Assembly (NCBI GenBank): GCA_038087875.1
Contig: CM075980.1
Location: 10,354,001 to 10,418,000 of the forward strand
Length of the DNA stretch: 64,000 nt
Origin: Malacoraja senta
Taxonomy: Eukaryota
Reading direction: 5' to 3'
Shown here: positions 53,456-64,000 of the stretch, one piece after another
Position numbering within the stretch: position 1 is the stretch's first letter
How the letters are laid out: the number at the start of each line of letters is the position of its first letter
Notes under the pieces: model-generated
What the model was told of the DNA's origin: nothing
Databases searched by the model: none
What the model saw: the letters and a program-made list of their open reading frames with translations, nothing else
Translations under genes and position numbers: made by a program

Positions 53456-54169
53456 TCGTGGAGTTTTAAAGAGGAGAACATTGCGTTTTTTTACATCGGA
53501 AGATCAAGCCCATGGGGCAAACTGGTAATAAGTGACAGTAATATCGCAAATGTAAAGGTGATATTGCGCCAGTTGTGTTTGAATAGACGGTAGTTAAAAT
53601 AGACAGTGCATGAACACCAATTGAGACAGATTAATTGGTTTGTTAACATGTGGTTAACAAAAATAAATTGAGGAAGAACCAAAAAAGTGCAAGAAGTGAT
53701 CTCAGAGTCGATCTCGCGCCGAGTACTGGTGACGCGGACCGGACGGGGAACCCACCCGGTAGGCTCACCTCGCCCGCCCGGAGAGGAAGGAGTCGGAGGA
53801 AGGACCGTTAAGCAGACTGGCTGCGGGAGGGAGTGCACAACCCTGACGGTGAAGAGGGCCGATGAAGAACCTGCAACGCTGCCAGGGTAGCGGACCTTCA
53901 TGCCACACGTTAATGCAGGGTCAAGAACCCTGCATTAACAACAACTGGGATTTGAAAATGGAGCCAAATCTGGCGACTTTATATACTCTCTCAGTGTACC
54001 ACCAGGATACACTTTTACTGTATCTGAGATGTTTATCTAAGATGTATTTAAGTGCTTATGTATACTGATACTTGTACTGAACTGTAAACAAAAATGAATT
54101 ACACTGTACCCTGGTAGATGAGAATAACGCACCATTGAACCATTCATAAAATCTCTACGTATTTCTTTG

Positions 54170-54362
54170 AAGATAGACATAAAAAGCTGGTAAGACAGCA
54201 TCTCCGGTGAAAAGCAGCATGTGACGTTTCGGTTCTGAAGGAGCGTCTCGACCCGACACGTCAGCCGTTCCTTTTCTCCGGAGATGCTGTCTGACCCGAA
54301 TGAATTACTCCAACTTTTTTTATGTCTATCTTCGGTTTAAACCGCCATCTGCAGTTCCTTCC
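54170..54362. mobile_element. Inverted pair of Penelope-like terminal fragments
   Basis: GACGTTTCGG at 54223-54232 facing CTGAAGGAGCGTCTCGACCCGACACGTC at 54235-54262; flanking arms are reverse complements. Confidence 0.55.
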
Positions 54363-55512
54363 TACACACTACGTATTTCTTTAATCTGCACCGGGGCAGT
54401 GTATTTCAATTGGGCTGCTGAATATTCTCAGAGAGTTTCGAACAAAGAGAGAACTCATTGGAAAATAAATGCTTATTGTGAGGAAGGGGAACAAGAGATC
54501 CATGGATCTGTTGGATCTACAGTGGGGACAATATCACGTTGGATCTGGCTATGTAGGGGTGAGATAAAGTGGATAAAGCGGAGAAGGTTGTAAATTATTG
54601 GAATCCTCTTTGTTGGGTGGCTTTGAATGTCCCGTCATTGGAACAATTCATATCTGATCGTCTGATATTGATGGATAGTTGGCCACTAGAGAAACAGATG
54701 GAAATGCCAAGACCAGAAAGATTCAATCTTTGCTGTTTGCTCCCTCAGAAAAAAAATACAACCCACAGCGGTGATTGTGATGGAACATGGCATGATAACG
54801 ACAGCTTAGCGTAATTGGAATACAAATCCCGTCACCGGTTAATGTCAATGTCTTCGATGATAAAGGATGGAGTTGCGGTGCATAGTGTGGATAGTGTAAA
54901 GTGGAGGTGAGAACAAACCATCAGTTTTACAGAATCTTGCTGATATGTTGGGAATTAATGTCGTTTCTGGTAAATTTCCAGGTATGCACATATCTTGCCT
55001 TTATTTACAGTATGTAACGGTGCCCCTTACGAACGAAAACATAATTAACAAAGCCTTTAAACCCTGAGGGTGTGGGGTTGGTAGGGACATTATTGACCAA
55101 AAGAACAACCTGAAACGTCAAATCAATTTCTCACTTCAGGCCGCTTCGTCTGCTGAGAATTAACAGCATTTTCTGCCAATGTTGTGGTTTCTCATTAGAG
55201 TTGAGATCACGTTTGTCATGATTGGTTTAGAACGCATTGTATAACTTGACTAGTGGCACAAACTCAACTCCGGTTCTCCTATTGTAATTCGAGATCGAGA
55301 TTGAGGGAAAATAAATCAGCGTTTCTTGCTCAAATGTACAAGACAACAGAATCCATATTAAGTCGTCATGTTTGAGGTCACAAATAAATCAAGGAGAATC
55401 AGCAATGCATTTGACAATAGTTTTAAAACTTTACTCAACGTCTGCAAAGAATACCTTGGGTAAAATAGCAACATACATGCTTTTAGTTAAAGCAATTGAA
55501 TCGACTTGATGC

Positions 55513-55518
55513 TTTATT
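55513..55518 (-). terminator. Candidate poly(A) signal AATAAA of cluster 4
   Basis: AATAAA on the minus strand about 180 nt after the stop. Confidence 0.5.
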
Positions 55519-55697
55519 CATGAACGATATTCGTTCGAAAGAACTACATTTAAGGCGAACAAGTCATAAAAAATCAAGGTTTCAACTATAAATGGCATTT
55601 CTTTATGAAAATTCCGAAAGACAAAGACGAACTTTGTCACATGGAAGAACCCAATGGTGATTAGCTAACTTTGGGGAGTCAGCTCACGTTTCAAACA

Positions 55698-56020
55698 TCA
55701 GATACAGCTAGATCTCATGATATTTGTCTTCAGCGGGTCTGACCGACTCTGGTGTTTAACCACACAGGAGTAAAGATTGTGTAAGTTCCAGTCTGAGGCT
55801 GTCAGAGTCAGGAAACTGCTGAGACTGAACGTGTTGTCCTTATCCTGCTGGATCGGGCTGGTCTCAACGCCGCTACTTTTTGCACTGCCGTCAACGCTCC
55901 ACTCAACGGCCACCGAGCCCGGGTTAAAGCCGTTCACCAAGCACACCAGGGTGGCGGTGCCCTTTGAGGTAACTTCATCGGCTGAGGGCGGGAGGACCGT
56001 CACGATCGGTGCACGAGGAG
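55698..56020 (-). CDS. IgL: Ig light chain cluster 4, constant exon
   Basis: CAG acceptor 56023-56021; (A)PRAPIVTVLPPS...ATLVCLV...YSCVVKH...RSSCI-stop; spliced CDS 717 nt. Confidence 0.95.
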
Positions 56021-57592
56021 CTGTTTAATAAGAAGTCACAGTTAATTGGAGAATTGCTGTCGTTGAGATATCATTATTTGCCGAATATACATCTCATTAA
56101 AGCACTCATTTATTCATTTATAGAAATAAGTCGTTTTATTCTCGACCTATTTCAAACCATTACAGTTCGTTTTTTTAAATTGGGTAAACAATAAATAAAG
56201 TACGTGAAAGCACCTAGAATAGTTAATTTTCTGTCTGCCCTATGCATAAACTGCGGGAAAGCATCTGTGATAGATCATGGCTGCACTGTTTTATAAAACT
56301 GAATACATTATTATAACTTTTATAATGTCATTTTACTACACGTCTTCGGCTTTACATTTATTTAAATATATCAGCAGATATAAACGATTCGCGGTTTCGA
56401 AAGTAATAATAACAGATTTAAACTTATTTAAGTGCCCGCACCCTTTGAAATGGAGGGTGACGCTATTAAGTTCGGCAAAAATATATAGAAACTAGTCTTC
56501 GAAAGCCACGGTCGACATTCGCTGATGTCGTTCGCAATCAAGGATGACATTGTAGTTGGAATATGCATTTATATTTGAAATGCACTGCTGTGTCCATGAA
56601 AGGCTGCTCTACGTATTAAACAACATTTCTGAAATGTGCGAAATTTTCGCCTTTCGCATTTCGCATTTAAACCCGTCAACCGGAATTTTGACAGTGTTGA
56701 ATATGAACGTTGCTGACCCCCCGTTACCCAAGCAATATCCTTTCATATCTGGACAATCACTGCGTATATTTCCGCAATTTATTGGACGAACCCTATTCCG
56801 TGCAACTTCAGTTCTACATCAACCCTCATCTAATTGACGATTTCAAAATCCGAGAGAAATGACACCATTCGCATTAGGAAGTACGCGATCATTATTGGAC
56901 GGGAAGCAAAATGGAAAATTGAAGATTTGCATCACATTTTCGAGTACATTAAATTCATGGTGCGGTCCTAAGTAATTCTGTGAACTGTAAAAAAAAATAT
57001 TGCTTGGAATCGCAGCTGCGCGATTTCTAATCTAATATTGACGCTGTAAGGATTAGTCTTGCCTGGTCATGGTTGTTTTGAAATGCTTTGAAGGCGGAAT
57101 ATGGCTCTGATCAGCGAAAACAATTATATACGTTATTTTCGTAATGCAACTGTAGTATAATGGGCTACAGAGTGAAACACTTGCTTGAATATTAGACAAA
57201 ACAACATGGAACAAATAATTCCTTCGCATCGCGGCACCGTGCAACCAGACCTCAATGCCTAAAAGGGGATCCAAGTAACTACTGTCCTAAGCGAGTTAAT
57301 TCGCTCAAAGTCGCTACAGTCCCGTGGTTCCCTGGGCACAGGATGCTTTTGTCGAGAAATTGATTGTTCGTCTGTAAAAGCTCAAGACAAAGCATTAGCT
57401 CGCTTTTGCAGTCATTTCACTGAGCTATGTCCAAATGAACTCGGAACATCTGTATAGCAAGATCGCACTATCTGCACTGAAATACAGCTGGCCCAATCAC
57501 GTATAATGTGAACTCACGACGTTAAATCAAGCAATATCTGCATTAAAATAAAAAGAAAATAGCGTGCTGTCCGAAGAATATATTTTACTTAC

Positions 57593-57937
57593 CGCCAATA
57601 CCCAGCCTCGTTCCTTTACCGAAATGTAAACCACTATCCCATTTGGCACAGTAATAGTCCGCAGCATCCACCGATTGAACGCTAGATATTGCGAATACTA
57701 GAGAGCTGCCTGACACCGAGACGGAAAAACGGTCTGGAATGTCCGTGCCTTTATAAATGCTGCCACTGGTAGTATGGTAGAATAGATACTTGGGAGTTTT
57801 GCCAGGAATCTGTTGGTACCACGAGACATAGTTAGCGCCTGAACTGGAACCCGATATGGTGCAGGATATTTGCATTTGCTGTCCCGTGGAGGCGGACATC
57901 GAAGGCGGCTGACTTACTGTAACTGCCGCGCTTAAGT
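57593..57937 (-). CDS. IgL: Ig light chain cluster 4, germline-joined VJ exon (diverged V)
   Basis: AVTVSQPPS...ISC...WYQQIPG...[25 protein letters not shown], 345 nt, no RSS, GTAAGT donor at 57592. Confidence 0.96.
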
Positions 57938-58057
57938 CTGAGAAAAGAGAAATATCAGAAAAAAAGAAAATTGTTAAGTTTGTTGAAGTGTGGGAGATAA
58001 CCCCAAATTAATGGTGAATAGAAATAAGTATAATGTCCAGGAAAGTAAAATACTCAC

Positions 58058-58106
58058 AAACTGCGCAAAACACCAACGCTCCGACCACACGGATCCAATA
58101 AGACAT
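58058..58106 (-). CDS. IgL: Ig light chain cluster 4, leader exon (MSYWIRVVGALVFCAV; an in-frame ATG at 58112 could add MK)
   Basis: Same length and phase as the other leaders; GTGAGT donor at 58057; 120-nt intron; CAG acceptor 57940-57938. Confidence 0.9.
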
Positions 58107-58182
58107 TTTCATTAACCGAATGAGCTCCGATCGGGCGGCAGTTTCCAGGACAAGTGACGTGTAATCTTGCTCTCTGGCTCTC

Positions 58183-58278
58183 TTTATAAATGGAATGACG
58201 AGATGTCACCGTGTGTTTATCTATCCAAACCAATCAAAACGATATGCTCGTCGAAGCCAATCAGAAATTGCCAGATTC
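58183..58278 (-). promoter_or_regulatory. Putative promoter of cluster 4 with canonical TATAAA
   Basis: Minus strand: GAATCTGGCAATTTCTGATTGGC 58278-58256, second ATTGG, GGATAGATAA 58226-58217, TGAC-N5-GTCA 58208-58196, TATAAA 58188-58183. Confidence 0.7.
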
Positions 58279-59289
58279 TTCCTCAAAATATTCGCCACTG
58301 TGAAACGTGCAGGTCTTCTTTTAGAAATTTGTATTTCTAAAAAGCTTCATGCGTTCTCATACATACAGCAGAATGAAAAGGATTGCCACAGTTGTCCCTT
58401 CTTTATAAACAAACCATCTAAAATTTCTTGTCTGAACCCTCCGCATATATACATTAAACAGATTGCGAGGTTTAAATATTAAATTCGGTAACTGTTTAAT
58501 CACCAATGAAAACGGAATAGTAATATTTTATCTAAACGGGCCAACTGAATCCGGATCGCTGATTTCCTTCGCTCCATGGATGCTCCCTCACCCGCTGAGT
58601 TTCTCCAGCATTTCTGTCTACCTTCGTATCGCTGAACATAACATGATCACAGTCACCTCCTCAGCACTGTTTTTATTAAAAAGCACATTAAATCTATACT
58701 TAGATATTTTTGTAATTTTAGAAATCAAAACCCCCACTGGCTGCCCTTCTACTTGTGTATCAGATAATTTAGAAAGGACCTGAGGGGACAGAAGATCACT
58801 ACAAATGTCAGTAAAGTTGCTGTTTTGGAGGCTATTTTGACTACCCGATGTGTGTCGTGCTTGGAAAAGCGGTCTGTGATACTATCCTATTGTAATGCGC
58901 AGTAATTCGCAAAACTTGCCACGACTCAAAGTGGAAATGTTACCTGTACCAAATTAATGCATATATGAGTGAAGTAAAAGGGGACATATTGGCTCTCACC
59001 GACCACTTCCAGAGTTCTTTCGACTTTGTAGTACGACAGGACGACAGGAATGTTACATACAGCACATCCATATTCAATTAAAGTTGAATGGAATATGGGC
59101 TCTCCAGCTATCTGGCAAAACTGACAAGGGAGAAACGCGAAGAGCGGTTTTCGGGAAATAGCGGGTGAGAAAAATAATTACAATTAATAATTGTCCTTAA
59201 GGTCTCATTAAATATATTAGTTTAGCAGTGCACATGACTGGACAGCAATCCATTAACTTAACCATTCATCCTTTCACCACTACGTTTTC

Positions 59290-59481
59290 CCCATGATCTG
59301 CCTGGGATTTCGCAGGAAGCTCCGGTTTCCTTCCACACGACAAAGACAGATTGGTAGGTTCATTGGCTTGGTAAAATTATATATTGTCCCTAAAGTGTGT
59401 CGGATAGTGTTAATGTGCGGGGACTGTTGATCAGTGGGCAGCAGAGCCTGTTTCCGCGCTGTATCTACAAATTAAACTAAA
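59290..59481 (+). mobile_element. 3' half of an HE1-like SINE
   Basis: TCCGGTTTCCT.CCACA..CAAAGAC and a CR1-like tail CCTGTTTCCGCGCTGTATCT...AAACTAAA. Confidence 0.55.
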
Positions 59482-59754
59482 GTGAATACAATTAGTACCA
59501 TCTACAGAATGAGCAGTAATTGCGCGCATAAGCCTTTTTGAACGTAGGCATGTCACTACGACTAGCAAGTTTACCTAATGTTTATTTACACAGGTCCCTG
59601 CTCTCACCGTTCTCATCCTTCTCTCACTGCTGCATGTTGTCAACTTTGCAACGTGAAATACCTTGAGAAAATGAACACGCGAAAGATTGCACTGGCTCAT
59701 GTCTGTTCATTATTACCTCCCAAATGCCGACCCACAGATACTACATGATCCCCC

Positions 59755-60675
59755 ATAGAGTCAAAGAGAGTCATAGAGTCATAGAGTGTGGAAACAAGCC
59801 CTTCGGTCCAACTTTCCCACATCGGCCAAAATGTCCCATCTACACTAGTCCCATCTGCCCGTATTGGGTTCATATCCGTGCAAATCTGTCATATCCATGT
59901 ACCTGTCTAACTGTTTTTAAACGTTGGGATAGTCCATGGCACAACTACCTCCTCTGGCTGCTTGTTCCATACAACCACCTGTGGGAAAAAGTTACCCCTC
60001 GGATTCCTATTAAATCTTTGCCCTGTCACCATAAACCTCGATTCACCTATTCTAGGCAAGAGACTGTGCATCTACCCGATCTATTCCAATGAGGACCCTA
60101 TACACCTTTAAGATTTCCCCCTCGTCTCCCTGTGCTCCAAACAATAGAGTCCCAGCCTACTCAACCTCTCCCTATAGCTCAGACCTTCTAGTCCTGGCAA
60201 CATCCTCGTAAATCTTCTCTGTACCTTTTCCAGCTTGTCGAAATCTTTCCTATAAGATGGTGCCCAGACTGAACACAATAATGTAAATGCGGCGTCACCA
60301 ACGTCTGATACATCTGCAACAAGACCTCCCAACCTCTATACTCATTACTCTCGCTGATGAAGGCCAATGTGCCAAAAGCCTTTTTGACCACCCGATCTAC
60401 CGTCGACTGCGAAGGTCTTGCCCATGTTAGACTACCCAAAATGCAACACTTCACATTTCTCTGCATTAAATTCCATCAACCATTCCTCAGCCTACCTGGC
60501 CAATTGATCAAGATCCTGCTGCACTTTTTCACAACCATCGCCACTATCTGCAAAACCTCCCACGTTTGTATCATCTGCAAACTTGCTAATCTTACCGAGT
60601 ATGATCTCATTCAAATCATTGATATGGATGAGAAATATTAACGGTCCCAGCACCGAACCCTGAGGCACACCCCGT
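59755..60675 (-). mobile_element. CR1 3' fragment with repeated tail
   Basis: ORFs 60108-60466 (KAFGTLAFI; LEKVQRRFTRMLPGL); CATAGAGT repeats at 59755-59785. Confidence 0.8.
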
Positions 60676-60832
60676 GTTACTCCAGCACTTTGTGTTTCAT
60701 CATGATTCCAGCAGCCGCAGTTCGTTCTGTCTCTGTGTTCCCTCTTTTGGATGGGCAATAAATACTGCCTTCCCAGAGACGCAATCATCATACAAATGAA
60801 TAACTTTGAAGAATTAGATGTGACCAAGTGCG

Positions 60833-61860
60833 ATAGAAACATAGAAAATAGGTGCAGGAGCAGGCCATTTGGCCCTTCGAGCCTGCACCGCTATTCATTG
60901 TGATCATGGCTGATCATCCATAATCACTAACCCTTGCCTGCTTTCTCCCCATATCGCTTGATTCCGCTAGCCCCGAGAGCTCTATCCAACTCTTTTAAAT
61001 TCATCCAGTGAATTGGGCCTCTACTGTCTTCTGTTGCAAAGTATTCCACAAATTCAAAACTCTCTGGGTGAAAGGTTTTTTTCCTCTCAGTTTTAAATGG
61101 CCTCCCCTTTATTCTTAAACTGTGGCCCCAGTTCTGGATATTATAAGTTTCTATAACACCCCTCCTTCTTACTTCCAGTGAATACAAGCCCAATCTTTCC
61201 AATCTTTCTTCATCTGACAGTCCTGTCATGCCAGGGATTAACCTCTTGAACCTACGCTGCACTAAGGATGCCCTTCCTTAAATTAGGGGACAAAAAACAC
61301 ACAGAATACTACAGATGTGGTCTCAACAGGGCCCTGTACAACTGCAGAAGGACCTCTTTATTCCTCTACTTAAATCCTCTCGTTATGAAGGCCAACATGC
61401 CATTAGCTTACTTCACTGCCTGCTGTACCTGCATGTTTTCTTTCAGTGACTGGTGTACAAGGACACCCAAGTCTCGCTGCACTTCCCTTTTTCCTAATCT
61501 GACACCATTGAGATAATAATCTGCCTCCTTGTTCTTGCCACCAAAGTGGATAAACTCACAATTATCTACATTATACTGCACCTGCCATGCATCTGCCCAC
61601 TCACTCAACCTGTCCAAGTCGCCCTACCACATCCTAGCATCTTCTTCGACTTCACAATGCCACCCAACTTTGTGTCATCTGCAAATTTGATAGTGTTACT
61701 TTTAATGCCATCATCTAAATCATTAATATATATTGTAAATAGTTGCGGTCCCAGCACCGAGCCTTGCGGCACTCCACTCGCCATGCCTACCATTCCGACA
61801 GGGACCCGTTTATTCCTACTCTTTGTTTCCTGTTTCCCAATCAATTCTCTATCCATGTCA
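60833..61860 (-). mobile_element. CR1 3' fragment
   Basis: [31 protein letters not shown]; ATAGAAAC tail repeats. Confidence 0.85.
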
Positions 61861-62899
61861 ATACCATGTCAAAGATCGAGCAGAGTGCATTGATGAAGGA
61901 TTGTTTAATGTTTAACAGTCAAGAAAGTGGACATGGTGTACTAAGAAAAGATTGTTGACCCCACGGCACTTCCAGATGTCTATTGGGATATCTCAATTTC
62001 ATTCTTAGAGACATCCGAGACTAGCTCGGCCCTTGATTTAATAAATAGCTTACTGTTTCTTGAGTACAAAGAAGAACAACTAGTTTTAAAACTTACATTT
62101 GTTTCGAGATCAGATTTATTGATTTATAAATTAATGTTTCGATACAGCTCACAGAACTCACCTTCATGAGAGAGAGAGAAAGACTGCGCATCAGATCACG
62201 ATCCCGAAATGTGCCGGGACTTTCGAGATCTCCAGACAAGCTATAGCAAACAGGAATCTGGAAGAGGAGAAATTCATGTGACTTCTTATTATTACCCGCC
62301 GTCTATATCAGTTCACGCTTAACAAGCAGAAGGACATGAGATTTACTGCTTTATGAAAATGTTCTCGTATTTTCTATAATAAAGATCCTGTTGGAAGCAA
62401 AATAATCTATCTCCATTCCATCTTATTCCAGTTCCCCACTCAATACCAAATTTTCAAGACTGATAATGCTTAAAAAAGAGCAATATGGCTATGATGATAT
62501 CCTCGCTACATGTCGTGATGACTTCGGATCCGACAACGTTCAAGAAGTGCGAGATTTTACAGGATGACGTTTTTATTTTAATGGCATAATCCCATTCTTT
62601 GCCTCTCTTTGCCACAAGTGCAACAAGCCCACAGTCTGTGCCGTCTACAGAATGCATTCTAATCAGTCCCCTTATGTATAACCTCAAGAAAATGGTCACC
62701 AAGGCATTCAAGAACCAGACGCATAATTCATGTTCATAAATTCATTCTTCTAGGAGCAGAATTAGGCCATTCGGCCCATCAAGGTTTCTCCACCATTCAA
62801 TCATGGCTGATCTATCTTAACCTCTCTACCATTCTCATGTCTTATCTCCGTACCCCCTGTACCAATCAAGGATCTGTCAATCTCGGCTTTAAAATTATT

Positions 62900-64000
62900 C
62901 AATTATTAAAGATGTAATTGCAGCGTATTTGGAAAGCAATGAAGGGATCCGACAAAGTCAGCAGGGATTTATGAAAGGGAAATCATGCTTGACCAATCTT
63001 CTGGAAACTTTTGAGGATGTAACAAGTAGAATGGAAAAGGGAGAGCCAGTTGATGTGTTGTATCTGGACTTTCAAAAAGCCTTTGACAAGGTCCCACACA
63101 AGATATTAGTGTGCAAAACGAGAGCACATGGTTTTGTGAGTAGGGTATTGACATGGATAAGGGACTGGTTGGCAGGCAGGATGCAAAGAGAATGAATTAA
63201 TGGGTCCTTTTCAGAAGGCAGGCAGTGACTAGTGGGATGCCGCAAGGCTCAGTGCTGGAACCCCAGTTATTTACAATATATATTAATGATCTAGACGAGG
63301 GAATTAAAAGTAACATCTCCACGTTTGCGGATGACACAAAGCTGGGTGGCAGCGTGAGCTGCGAAGAGGGTGGTATGGGGTGACTTGGATAGGTTGGGTG
63401 AGTGGGCAGATGCAGTATAATGTGGATAAATGTGAGGTTATCCACTTTGGTGGCAAGAACAAGAAGGCAGGTTATTATCTGAATTGTGTCAGATTAGGAA
63501 AAGGTGAAGTGCAACGAGGCCCTGCACATTAGTCATTTGTACATCAGTCATTGAATGTAAGCATGCAGGTACACCAGGCAATGAAGAAAGGAAATAGCAT
63601 GTTGCCCTTCATAGTGAGAGGATTTGAGTATAGGAGAAAGGAGGTCCTACTGCAGCAGTACAGGGTCCTGTTGAGACCACACCTGGACTATTGTGTGCAG
63701 TTTTGGACCCTAATTTGAGGAAGGACATTCTTGCCATTGAGGGATGCAGCGTCAATTCACCAGGTTAATTCCCGGGATGGCGGGACTGACATATGATGAA
63801 AGAATGGGACGACTGGGCTTGTATTACCTAAAATTAGAAGGATGAGAGGGAATCTTATAGAAACGCATAAAATTCTGAAGGGATTGGACAGGCTAGAGGT
63901 AGAATTTTTTCCCCCGATGTTGGGGATGAACAGAACCAGGCATCACAGATTAAGAATGAGGGTGTAGGCCATTTAGGAATGAGATGAGGAGACTTTATCC
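62900..64000 (+). mobile_element. CR1 RT fragment running off the window
   Basis: QGFMKGKSCLTNLLE, YLDFQKAFDKVPH; frameshifted. Confidence 0.85.

Noticed and set aside
57868-57875. Octamer ATTTGCAT inside cluster 4 V
   Set aside because: It encodes Met-Gln-Ile in FR1 and is absent from the paralogs.
1-64000. CRISPR arrays, rRNA, tRNA genes, RAG-like transposase, intact autonomous transposons
   Set aside because: None seen; tRNA-like boxes belong to SINE heads and every TE ORF is truncated or frameshifted.

Overview
Vertebrate genomic DNA, almost certainly a cartilaginous fish (probably a skate/ray; inferred from the cluster-type Ig organisation and repeat content). The window holds four immunoglobulin light-chain clusters, each built leader exon / short intron / V already fused to J in the germline (no RSS) / 1.2-1.6 kb intron / C exon. 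Clusters 1 (3279-5496), 2 (19804-22011) and 3 (34199-36269, frameshifted) lie on + inside a tandem segmental duplication of about 14.4-16.5 kb period spanning 1-40916. A diverged cluster 4 (58106-55698, about 58% V and 70% C amino-acid identity to cluster 1) lies on -, convergent with the array. The C domains look lambda/type II-like, but the genes keep a split leader and have a long CDR2 and an 8-residue CDR3, so the isotype call is open. The rest is mostly degenerate transposable-element sequence (CR1, L1, RTE-X-like, Rex1/Babar-like, Tc1, SINEs, Penelope-derived fragments, a MITE); several insertions have readable target-site duplications that order the duplications. There are five N runs. 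Family names come from motif recognition and memory, not database searches.
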